Positions 26,810 to 34,793 of a stretch of 64,000 nucleotides of DNA are shown one piece after another (the stretch's first letter is position 1; each line of letters opens with the position of its first letter). Made by a program: the position numbers and the translations under genes. This stretch comes from Oscillospiraceae bacterium (GTDB lineage Bacteria; Bacillota; Clostridia; Oscillospirales; Oscillospiraceae). The stretch is taken from positions 7,386 to 71,385 of the forward strand of contig JAGBSG010000053.1 in NCBI GenBank assembly GCA_017632035.1, in the 5' to 3' direction. A model generated the notes under the pieces. It was given only the letters and a program-made list of their open reading frames with translations, did no database searches and was not told the origin of the DNA.

Positions 26810-27346
26810 ATGGCAAAGGATGGTACGAATCGTGGCGGCGCTCGACCCGGAACCGGACCCAAAAAGCAAGCACTAAATGACAAGATTGCTGCAGGAAAAG
26901 CATCCAAATCTATGGTGCTGCCGGAGCCTACGGACATTGTGGGGATCGACATTCCTCCTGTGAAGGAATATTTGAAGGCAAAGCAGAAAAACGGCAAAGA
27001 CCTCTGCGCCGAGGATGTGTTTATCGCAACATTTACCTGGCTGAAGGGTCTTAACTGTGACCGGCTGGTAAATGTTCAGCTGATCGAACAGTATGCAATG
27101 TCTGTGTCCCGTTGGATTCAATGCGAAGAAGCCATTTCTGAATACGGTTTCTTGGCAAAGCACCCCACAACCGGAAATGCGATTGCTTCCCCGTATGTGT
27201 CTATGAGCCGGGATTATATGAAACAGGTCAATTCCACCTGGTTCGCAATCTACCAGATCGTCAAAGAAAACTGCTCGGTTGAATACGGACAGACTCCCCA
27301 CGATGACCTGATGGAGCGTCTGCTCAGTGCGCGCAGAGGAAGCTAA
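26810..27346 (+). CDS. terS: Terminase small subunit (P27 family)
   Basis: MAKDGTNRGGAR...KHPTTGNAIASPYV. Confidence 0.85.
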   Translation: MAKDGTNRGGARPGTGPKKQALNDKIAAGKASKSMVLPEPTDIVGIDIPPVKEYLKAKQKNGKDLCAEDVFIATFTWLKGLNCDRLVNVQLIEQYAMSVSRWIQCEEAISEYGFLAKHPTTGNAIASPYVSMSRDYMKQVNSTWFAIYQIVKENCSVEYGQTPHDDLMERLLSARRGS

Positions 27347-27425
27347 AAACACACGACCGCTCCGGAGCATTGCTTGTTAGCAAACACCGTGCGCCGGACA
27401 AGTCAACCATTTTATGGAGGTTACT

Positions 27426-28208
27426 ATGTTTGAGAAAGTAAATCCGTGCCACCCGGACAAGGTGGCAGATCGCATTGCCGGTGCTATTGTCGACATTGCG
27501 TATGAAACCCAAATTGACCCCAAGGTGGCGGTAGAGGTTCTGATCGGTCACGGTGTGTGCCACGCCATCGTTGAAACCTCTGCGAACATTAACAAAGACA
27601 AGGTGGCGGCTGCGATCCATCGTATTGCCGGCAAAGTGGATGTCGACCTTGTGGTCGTTCCCCAGGATGCACACCTTGCCAAGAATCAGGACGGTGCGAT
27701 CCGTTGCGGTGACAATGGTATATTCAAGGGTATGCCTGTTACCGAGGAACAGAAAAAGCTGTGTGGGATCGCAAGAGCTATCTACGCATTCCATCGCGCA
27801 GACGGCAAGTACATTCTGGACGGCGATCGGCTGATCATCTGCCAGAGCAATGCCAACAGCGATGAGCTGCGTTCCATCTTCCCCGGTGCGGAGGTCAATC
27901 CGCTGGGCGATTGGACGGGCGGCTACAATGTGGATACCGGTGCAACCAACCGCAAGCTGGGCAGTGATATGGCTGACAGCGTAACCGGTGGTGGTCTGCA
28001 CGGCAAGGATCTCAGTAAGGCTGATGTCAGCGTGAACATTTACGCTTGGCTGGAAGCACAGCGGATCGGCAAGCCCGTGGAGTTCTGCTGCGCCATTGGT
28101 GATGAAACCATCAATGGTATTCCCTATGAAAAGATCGTAGAAACAGCAAGAGAGTTCATTCGCTCTGTTGGCGGCTTTGAGAAGTTCGCAGAATGGGGGC
28201 TTGTATGA
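27426..28208 (+). CDS. metK: Short phage S-adenosylmethionine synthetase-like protein
   Basis: HPDKVADRIA, GDNG, DTGATNRK, GGGLHGKDLSKADVS; only about 260 aa. Confidence 0.85.
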   Translation: MFEKVNPCHPDKVADRIAGAIVDIAYETQIDPKVAVEVLIGHGVCHAIVETSANINKDKVAAAIHRIAGKVDVDLVVVPQDAHLAKNQDGAIRCGDNGIFKGMPVTEEQKKLCGIARAIYAFHRADGKYILDGDRLIICQSNANSDELRSIFPGAEVNPLGDWTGGYNVDTGATNRKLGSDMADSVTGGGLHGKDLSKADVSVNIYAWLEAQRIGKPVEFCCAIGDETINGIPYEKIVETAREFIRSVGGFEKFAEWGLV

Positions 28209-29449
28209 TTATTGAAAAGAAAAGCACGGCAGATCTGCTGCCTGCCGAGTACAACCCTCGTAAGGATTTGAAACCCGGCGATCCGGAATACGAAAAGCTG
28301 AAACGCTCCCTTGAGCAGTTCGGCTATGTGGAGCCCGTGATTTGGAACAAGGCAACCGGCCGTGTAGTCGGTGGCCACCAGCGTCTTAAGGTGCTGATGG
28401 ATATGGGCATCACGGAGGTGGATTGCGTGGTAGTGGATATGCCGGAAGATAAAGAGAAGGCACTCAACATTGCCCTCAACAAGATCAGCGGTGAATGGGA
28501 CAACGACAAGTTGACTCTGTTGATTGCGGATCTGCAAGGCACCGACTTTGATGTTTCCCTTACCGGTTTTGATCCTTCCGAGATCGATGACCTCTTTGCT
28601 GCCGCCGACAAGAAATCCGGCAAGGATGACAAGTTTGACCTCAATGCTGCATTGGAGCAAGCCAGTTTTGTTGAACGTGGCGATATGTGGTATGTCGGCC
28701 GGCACAAGCTGTACTGCGCTGATGCCACCTCCGAAGAGGATGTGGCTACCCTTATGGATGGTAAGCGTGCCAACCTGGTGCTGACTGATCCTCCCTATGG
28801 TGTATCTTTCAAAAGCTCTCTGGGTCTTACTATTAAGAACGACAGCATCAAGGACGAGGAGTTCTATGAGTTCCTGCACAAGTGCTTTACCAATATGGCA
28901 AACAGCCTGGAAGCAGGTGGCGTGAGCTATGTATTCCACGCAGACACCGTTGGCCATATTTTCCGCAAGGCATTTATTGACTCCGGCTTCCATCTGCAGG
29001 GTGTGTGTATTTGGGCGAAGAATGCGCTGGTCCCCGGTTACTCCGATTACCAGTGGCGGCACGAGCCGATCCTCTACGGATATCTCCCCAATGGCAAGCA
29101 CGCCTGGTATTCCGATCGCAGCCAGACCACCGTTTGGAACTTCGATAAGCAGACACAGAACAATCATCACCCCACATCCAAGCCGCTGGATCTTCTGTGC
29201 TATCCCATCGGCAACTCCTGCCGGGAGAATGCACTGGTGCTGGATACCTTTGGTGGCAGCGGTTCTACGCTGATCGCCTGTGAACAGATGAACCGGATCT
29301 GCTATATGATGGAATTGGACGAAAAGTACGCCTCCGTCATTCTTCGCAGATATGTTGAGAACACCGGTGACGCAGCAAATGTGTATGTGATCCGTGACGG
29401 TGTCAAGTTCACCTATGAAGAGCTGGTGAAAGAGGTGGAGAAGAAATGA
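28205..29449 (+). CDS. ParB-N domain + N6/N4 DNA methyltransferase
   Basis: YNPRKDL...GGHQRL; TDPPY; HPTSKP; LDTFGGSGST. Confidence 0.92.
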   Translation: MIIEKKSTADLLPAEYNPRKDLKPGDPEYEKLKRSLEQFGYVEPVIWNKATGRVVGGHQRLKVLMDMGITEVDCVVVDMPEDKEKALNIALNKISGEWDNDKLTLLIADLQGTDFDVSLTGFDPSEIDDLFAAADKKSGKDDKFDLNAALEQASFVERGDMWYVGRHKLYCADATSEEDVATLMDGKRANLVLTDPPYGVSFKSSLGLTIKNDSIKDEEFYEFLHKCFTNMANSLEAGGVSYVFHADTVGHIFRKAFIDSGFHLQGVCIWAKNALVPGYSDYQWRHEPILYGYLPNGKHAWYSDRSQTTVWNFDKQTQNNHHPTSKPLDLLCYPIGNSCRENALVLDTFGGSGSTLIACEQMNRICYMMELDEKYASVILRRYVENTGDAANVYVIRDGVKFTYEELVKEVEKK

Positions 29450-31620
29450 ATAGGAAGCTGACGATGGGCAGCCTGTTTGACGGCTCCGGTGGTTTCCCCC
29501 TGGGCGGCTTGATGTCCGGTGTTACCCCTGTGTGGGCATCGGAGATCGAGCCGTTTCCTATTCGGGTCACCTCCAAACGGCTGCCCTTTATGAAACACTA
29601 CGGTGACATCTCCCAAATGGATGGTGGGAAGATCGAGCCGGTAGATATTATCTGCTTTGGTTCACCCTGCACCGATATGTCCGTTGCGGGGCGTCGCGCT
29701 GGATTGGACGGTAAGCAATCCGTCCTTTTCTATCAAGCCATCCGGATTATTACAGAAATGAGGTGTGCCACAAATGGCGAATACCCAAAATGGATCTGCT
29801 GGGAAAATGTCCCCGGTGCATTCTCCTCGAATGCCGGCCGAGACTTCAAAGCAGTCCTCGAAGCGATCATCGGCATCGTCGAACCGGGCACCGAGGTGCC
29901 TATGCCTGAAAAAGGCGGATGGCCTTACGCAGACTGCTACATGGGTGACCAATGGTCAGTTGCTTACCGAACTCTCGACAGCCAATATTGGGGCGTCCCC
30001 CAACGTCGAAAACGCATCTTTCTTATCGGATGTCTTACAGACCAATGTGCCGGAGATGTACTTTTTAAGTCCGAGGGCTTGTCTCGGTATTCTCCGGAGA
30101 GCTTCCGTGCGTGGCAAGGAGCTGCCGGAGGTTCTGCGAATCGCATTGGAACGGCAGGCATCAGCCTAGACGGCTATAACGGCACCGTTTCCTCGGTGGC
30201 ATCGACCCTGGGTGTGAATTGCGGAATGTCCACCGGAAGAAATGGTGTCGTTCTGAATGACCAGGGTGGTAATCGTATGGATGTGACTCACGAGGTCACT
30301 GCAACACTCCGTGCTGAGGCACACCATCCTCCCTTGGTGATGGAAGCTGCCGGATTCTGCACAGAGCATTCTGCATCCAGCAGAGGGATCGGCTACGAAG
30401 AAGAGGTTTCTCCCACGCTTCGTGCCGGTGTGGTGCCGGCAGCCATTGCGCTGGACAGCCATCCTGCTGACAGCCGTATTGGGATCGCAGACGGCACCAA
30501 AGCACAAACACTGACCTCTCGAATGGGGACCGGTGGTGGCAATGTTCCGCTGGTTATGGATACGGATACAACTGCGGGAGGTCGCATAAGAAAAAATGAT
30601 GCGACCTCTTGTAACCAGGTTGTCCAGGCTTACGGCATCAGCTCCCACGACAGCAATGCAATGAAATCCTCCAATCCCCACAGCGGAATCTACGAGGCTG
30701 AAACATCACGAACCCTGGATGCCAACGGCGGTAACCCCGGATGCAATCAGGGTGGGATCGCTGTTGTGTGCGTGGATCAAGGTGGAGGTAAAAGTTCATG
30801 TAGCGTTAGCGAGGAACTGTCTCCCACGCTTGCTTGCACCCACGGTGGTGAGCCGGTGGTCTGCGTAAAAGGCAGCACCTTTGCTATTGAAGGCAATGGA
30901 GCCCGTCCTTCTCATAGAGGTGACGGCTTTAAGGAAACCGATGTGATGTATACCCTCAACACCGTGGATCGGCACGCTGTGTACGCGATGACCACCGGCT
31001 ACTACGCCCAGGTCATTGAGGACAAAGCACCCACCGTACTTGCCAGGGATTACAAAGATCCCACCACTGTCTGCTACGGCATCGGTCAAGACACCTTCAA
31101 TCACAGCAAGACCTCGAACTTTGGTCCCAATATGGCAACGGAGCAGCAACCGACCTTGGTTGCCAAGCGCCCCGGCTCTGTGGCGATCCCTCACGGGTTC
31201 GATCCCTCCACTGCAAGGGATGTAGGCCAGTATGTTCTGCCAAACTGTGGAAACACGCTGGTCAATGGCACTTGCCCCGGCTACCACAATGGAGTCGTGG
31301 ATATGGCTTATACCGTGCGCAGACTCACCCCAACTGAGTGTAGTAGACTGCAGGGATTTCCGGATTGGTGGTGTAGTGATCTGGGGACAGAAGATCCTTC
31401 TGAAGAGGAGATCCGCTTCTGGACAGAGGTTTGGGAAACACACCGTAGGATCGTCAATCCCAAGGTAAAGCCCAAGACAAGAAACCAGATCCTCAAGTGG
31501 ATCAAACAGCCTCATTCGGATGCCGCGGAATATAAGATGTGGGGTAATGGCGTCGCACTTCCTTGCGTCTATTTTGTACTCGCCGGCATTGTGTGGTGTA
31601 CACAAAACCGGGGGCTGTAA
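29446..31620 (+). CDS. C5-cytosine DNA methyltransferase with an expanded variable region
   Basis: SLFDGSGG, FGSPC, WENV, QRRKR, then after about 400 aa RRLTPTECSRLQGFP and YKMWGNGV. Confidence 0.92.
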   Translation: MNRKLTMGSLFDGSGGFPLGGLMSGVTPVWASEIEPFPIRVTSKRLPFMKHYGDISQMDGGKIEPVDIICFGSPCTDMSVAGRRAGLDGKQSVLFYQAIRIITEMRCATNGEYPKWICWENVPGAFSSNAGRDFKAVLEAIIGIVEPGTEVPMPEKGGWPYADCYMGDQWSVAYRTLDSQYWGVPQRRKRIFLIGCLTDQCAGDVLFKSEGLSRYSPESFRAWQGAAGGSANRIGTAGISLDGYNGTVSSVASTLGVNCGMSTGRNGVVLNDQGGNRMDVTHEVTATLRAEAHHPPLVMEAAGFCTEHSASSRGIGYEEEVSPTLRAGVVPAAIALDSHPADSRIGIADGTKAQTLTSRMGTGGGNVPLVMDTDTTAGGRIRKNDATSCNQVVQAYGISSHDSNAMKSSNPHSGIYEAETSRTLDANGGNPGCNQGGIAVVCVDQGGGKSSCSVSEELSPTLACTHGGEPVVCVKGSTFAIEGNGARPSHRGDGFKETDVMYTLNTVDRHAVYAMTTGYYAQVIEDKAPTVLARDYKDPTTVCYGIGQDTFNHSKTSNFGPNMATEQQPTLVAKRPGSVAIPHGFDPSTARDVGQYVLPNCGNTLVNGTCPGYHNGVVDMAYTVRRLTPTECSRLQGFPDWWCSDLGTEDPSEEEIRFWTEVWETHRRIVNPKVKPKTRNQILKWIKQPHSDAAEYKMWGNGVALPCVYFVLAGIVWCTQNRGL
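29765..30169 (+). CDS. Overlapping alternative-frame ORF, putative beta subunit of the C5-MTase
   Basis: LSDVLQTNVPEMYFLSPRACLGILRRASVRGKELPEVLRIALERQ in a different frame inside the MTase; start codon uncertain. Confidence 0.55.
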   Translation: MPQMANTQNGSAGKMSPVHSPRMPAETSKQSSKRSSASSNRAPRCLCLKKADGLTQTATWVTNGQLLTELSTANIGASPNVENASFLSDVLQTNVPEMYFLSPRACLGILRRASVRGKELPEVLRIALERQASA

Positions 31621-31644
31621 TTCTACATTCTTCGTGGTAGAAAC

Positions 31645-31679
31645 AACTTGCTATATCAGCACACTAGAGCGAATATGTG
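31645..31679 (+). promoter_or_regulatory. Repeated promoter-like motif, copy 1
   Basis: AACTTGCTAT-N10-TAGAGCGAATATGTG, same motif and spacing at 32950-32984. Confidence 0.7.
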
Positions 31680-31708
31680 TACTACCCAAAAACAAGGAGG
31701 TTACTCAT

Positions 31709-32386
31709 ATGACAGTTAAAATCAATGCCCAGGGTGCTGAACGCAAACGGCTGGTACTCACCATTGCCAAGTGGATGGGAGATCCGGCTGAATACTGCGG
31801 AGCCCCCACTTTCCGCTACAAGGTTGGTGGGATCATCGTGGATAAAAGCGGTGATACCACCTTCCCGGAAAGCCTCGATCCGGAGACAACCGAACGGCTG
31901 CTGGAGCATCTTTACGATGAAGGCTTCGATATGGATATGAGCGCAAAGCAGACCGAAGAAGCCGAGCCTACCGGGGTTTGCATTTCGATGCCTCGCAGCC
32001 TTTTCACCGAAGCCCACATTGCAAACCTTCACGGGATCGTGGAGTCCAAAGGAAACCTTATCAAGAAGGCTTTGGGCGTTAGCGAACTGCCGATCCTGCT
32101 GGAAGATGCAAAGGTGTGCTTCCCTTGGTTTCCTGCCTGGACCAAGCCGGAAGAGCTGATCGCCTACGAACAGTTCATTTGCCGGATCTGCGATATGGCA
32201 CGGAATCAGAAGCGGATCAACGCAAAGGAGAAGGAAGTGGACAACGAGAAGTACGCCTTCCGCTGCTTCCTTCTTCGCCTGGGCTTCATCGGTGATGAAC
32301 ACAAGGCCAGCCGGAAAATCCTTCTGCGCAACCTTTCCGGTAGTTCTGCATTCAAGGCAGGCGCAGCAAAGGAGGTAGCAGAATGA
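31709..32386 (+). CDS. Phage 'virulence-related' hypothetical protein
   Basis: AAGGAGG RBS; C-terminal NEKYAFRCFLLRLGFIG. Confidence 0.75.
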   Translation: MTVKINAQGAERKRLVLTIAKWMGDPAEYCGAPTFRYKVGGIIVDKSGDTTFPESLDPETTERLLEHLYDEGFDMDMSAKQTEEAEPTGVCISMPRSLFTEAHIANLHGIVESKGNLIKKALGVSELPILLEDAKVCFPWFPAWTKPEELIAYEQFICRICDMARNQKRINAKEKEVDNEKYAFRCFLLRLGFIGDEHKASRKILLRNLSGSSAFKAGAAKEVAE

Positions 32387-32610
32387 TTAAGGAATGGCAA
32401 CTGAAGCAACTGCGAGAGCAGTACCCGGAAGGCACACGGGTAGAGCTGATCTATATGAACGACCCCTATATGGGAAAGCTGAAACCCGGCTGCCGAGGAA
32501 CGGTAAAGCTGGTGGATGATGCCGGCACCGTTCATGTCCGCTGGGATTGCGGTTCGGGTCTCGGCCTTGTATATGGCGAGGATATGTACGAGAAGGTGGT
32601 GGAGAAATGA
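32383..32610 (+). CDS. DUF4314 domain protein
   Basis: YPEGTRVELIYMNDPY...GTV..VDDAGTVHVRWDCGSGLGLVYGED. Confidence 0.85.
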   Translation: MIKEWQLKQLREQYPEGTRVELIYMNDPYMGKLKPGCRGTVKLVDDAGTVHVRWDCGSGLGLVYGEDMYEKVVEK

Positions 32611-32891
32611 CCGAGGATATTCTCGACCGCCTATTCTATGGGCAGGTTACCCCCTTTGATGATTCTATCGAGGACATCGAAAGCTACCGTGAGTTAAACC
32701 ACCGAATGGGTGAAGTTTGGCAGCAGATCGAAGCCCAGGCATCTCCGGAGCTACGAGAACTGCTAGACCTCTACAAGGTCTGCCGTGCGGATCTTGATAT
32801 GCTTGCCCAACTGGATCGGTTCAAGGTCGGTTTCCGGCTTGGAGTTCAGCTGTTAACGGCGGCGACCGGACAGCGTAAATTGCCCGAATAA
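32607..32891 (+). CDS. Hypothetical protein (DUF6809-like)
   Basis: ILDRLFYGQV...FKVGFRLGVQL. Confidence 0.65.
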   Translation: MTEDILDRLFYGQVTPFDDSIEDIESYRELNHRMGEVWQQIEAQASPELRELLDLYKVCRADLDMLAQLDRFKVGFRLGVQLLTAATGQRKLPE

Positions 32892-32949
32892 AGTACACAT
32901 TTTACCCGATTTTAGGGGCAAAACATTGTGTACATTATGGTGCAGATAT

Positions 32950-32984
32950 AACTTGCTATTTCTCCAAAATAGAGCGAATATGTG
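32950..32984 (+). promoter_or_regulatory. Repeated promoter-like motif, copy 2
   Basis: AACTTGCTAT-N10-TAGAGCGAATATGTG. Confidence 0.7.
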
Positions 32985-33025
32985 ACACACAAAAGGAAAA
33001 CACACATTTTTGGAGGAGAAAAGTT

Positions 33026-33973
33026 ATGAATTCCAAGGTTGCAAACCAGATCGCAGAAATGAAAAAGCAGACCATCGGTGTTGAGGTCGAGATGAACAGC
33101 ATCAGCCGATCAAAGGCTGCGCAGATCGCTGCCGACTTCTTCGGTACAGGACGCTACGGCGACACCGCATACCGCAACGGCTACCAAACCTGGAGTGCTT
33201 GGGACAGCCAAGACCGGGAATGGAAATTCCAAAAGGATGTCAGCATCACGGGGCCGGACAGCGAAAAGTGCGAGATGGTCACACCGATCCTTACCTACAA
33301 CGATATGGAGACCTTGCAGGAGCTGATCCGCAGACTCCGCAAGGCGGGAGCCAAAAGCGATGCCACACGGTGCTGCGGAGTCCACATCCACATCGGTGCA
33401 AACGGACACACACCGCAGAGCCTCCGCAACCTTGCAAACATTATGGCAAGCCACGAAAGCCTACTGGCTTCCGCACTCCTCTTGGACGACTACCGCATCA
33501 CACGCTACTGCCGGACGGTTGACCCTCGGTTCTTGGAGAAGGTCAACACACGCAAGCCTCGCACGATGGCAATGCTTGCCGACATTTGGTACACCAGCCA
33601 CAATGCATCCTACGGCAGAAGCCAGCACTACAACGACAGCCGATACCATATGCTCAACCTCCACGCAACCTTCACCAAGGGAACGGTTGAGTTCCGGCTT
33701 TTCCAATTTGATTCCCCCTCCGCAGATCGTAAGGGTGGCCTTCACGCAGGACAGCTGAAGAGCTACATTCAGCTTTGCCTTGCACTGAGCCAAATGGCAA
33801 AGGAAGTCCGCACCGCAAGCCCCAAGCCCCAGCAGAACGAGAATCCCAAATACGCAATGCGGACTTGGCTGCTTCGGCTCGGCTTCATCGGTGACGAGTT
33901 CAAGACCGCAAGAGACCTCTTCACCAAGCGGTTGGATGGCGACGCTGCCTTTAGAACCGGCAGACCCAGCTAA
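33026..33973 (+). CDS. Amidoligase-family (COOH-NH2 ligase) enzyme
   Basis: IGVEVEM, WKFQKDVSI, EMVTPIL, CGVHIHIG, RYHMLNL, TVEFRLF. Confidence 0.88.
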   Translation: MNSKVANQIAEMKKQTIGVEVEMNSISRSKAAQIAADFFGTGRYGDTAYRNGYQTWSAWDSQDREWKFQKDVSITGPDSEKCEMVTPILTYNDMETLQELIRRLRKAGAKSDATRCCGVHIHIGANGHTPQSLRNLANIMASHESLLASALLLDDYRITRYCRTVDPRFLEKVNTRKPRTMAMLADIWYTSHNASYGRSQHYNDSRYHMLNLHATFTKGTVEFRLFQFDSPSADRKGGLHAGQLKSYIQLCLALSQMAKEVRTASPKPQQNENPKYAMRTWLLRLGFIGDEFKTARDLFTKRLDGDAAFRTGRPS

Positions 33974-34058
33974 TCCGCACCGCACCTTCTGACCGCTTCG
34001 GCGGTCTTTAGGTGGTAGAAGCACCTTTTGCTTACACTATACTTTGGAGGTTGGACAA

Positions 34059-34526
34059 ATGGAAAAACGATACTACTTGGCTTACGGAAGCAACTTGAAT
34101 GTACGGCAGATGATGATACGCTGCCCCTCGGCACGAATGATTGGCACGGCAACCATTGAGGACTACCGGCTGATGTTCAAAGGCAGCAAGACCGGATCTT
34201 ACCTCACCATTGAGCCGGAGGAAGGTTGCTCGGTGCCGGTCGGTGTATGGGAGGTCAGCGAAGCCGATGAACTTGCCCTGGATCGCTACGAGGGTTTCCC
34301 CACCTTCTACTACAAGAAGGAACTGGAGCTACCCATTACGGGTATCCGCACCGGAAAGGTACGGCGCAGAAAAGCCTTCGTCTACATTATGCACGAGGAT
34401 CGGCTGCTGGGTGTCCCCAGCAATATGTATATGCGGATCTGTATGGAAGGTTATATGGACTTTGGCTTCAACTACGATGCCCTTTGGGAAGCCTATGAAT
34501 ACAGCAGACAGGAGAATGGGAAATGA
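34059..34526 (+). CDS. Gamma-glutamylcyclotransferase (AIG2/GGCT) family protein
   Basis: YLAYGSNLN...LDRYEG.P..Y. Confidence 0.9.
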   Translation: MEKRYYLAYGSNLNVRQMMIRCPSARMIGTATIEDYRLMFKGSKTGSYLTIEPEEGCSVPVGVWEVSEADELALDRYEGFPTFYYKKELELPITGIRTGKVRRRKAFVYIMHEDRLLGVPSNMYMRICMEGYMDFGFNYDALWEAYEYSRQENGK

Positions 34527-34729
34527 AACCAAACAAGCGCACCACAGCAACCTGCCCCTTGTGTGGGCAGATCTACATTGACCACCCAGCCATTTCCAGG
34601 GCGGACAATGAAACCCTCATTTGTCCCGACTGTGGCACCCGTGAAGCCCTCCAGGGGCTTGGGATTGATGCCACCGAGCAGGACAAGATCATAGAGTCGA
34701 TTCACCGCTGCAAGGCGAACCTGGACTAA
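34523..34729 (+). CDS. Small Zn-finger protein
   Basis: CPLCG...PAISRADN...ICPDCG.REAL. Confidence 0.75.
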   Translation: MKPNKRTTATCPLCGQIYIDHPAISRADNETLICPDCGTREALQGLGIDATEQDKIIESIHRCKANLD

Positions 34730-34745
34730 CAACCAAATATTCACC

Positions 34746-34766
34746 AAGGCCCTTCGGGGCCTTTTT
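34746..34766 (+). terminator. Intrinsic terminator
   Basis: AAGGCCC-TTCG-GGGCCTT-TTT. Confidence 0.75.
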
Positions 34767-34793
34767 CTTATCCCCTGAAGGAGGTGACCGCAT

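Noticed and set aside
27361-27420. SAM riboswitch upstream of phage metK
   Set aside because: A hairpin is present, but I could not match the SAM-I, II, III or V consensus; kept only as an unassigned hairpin.
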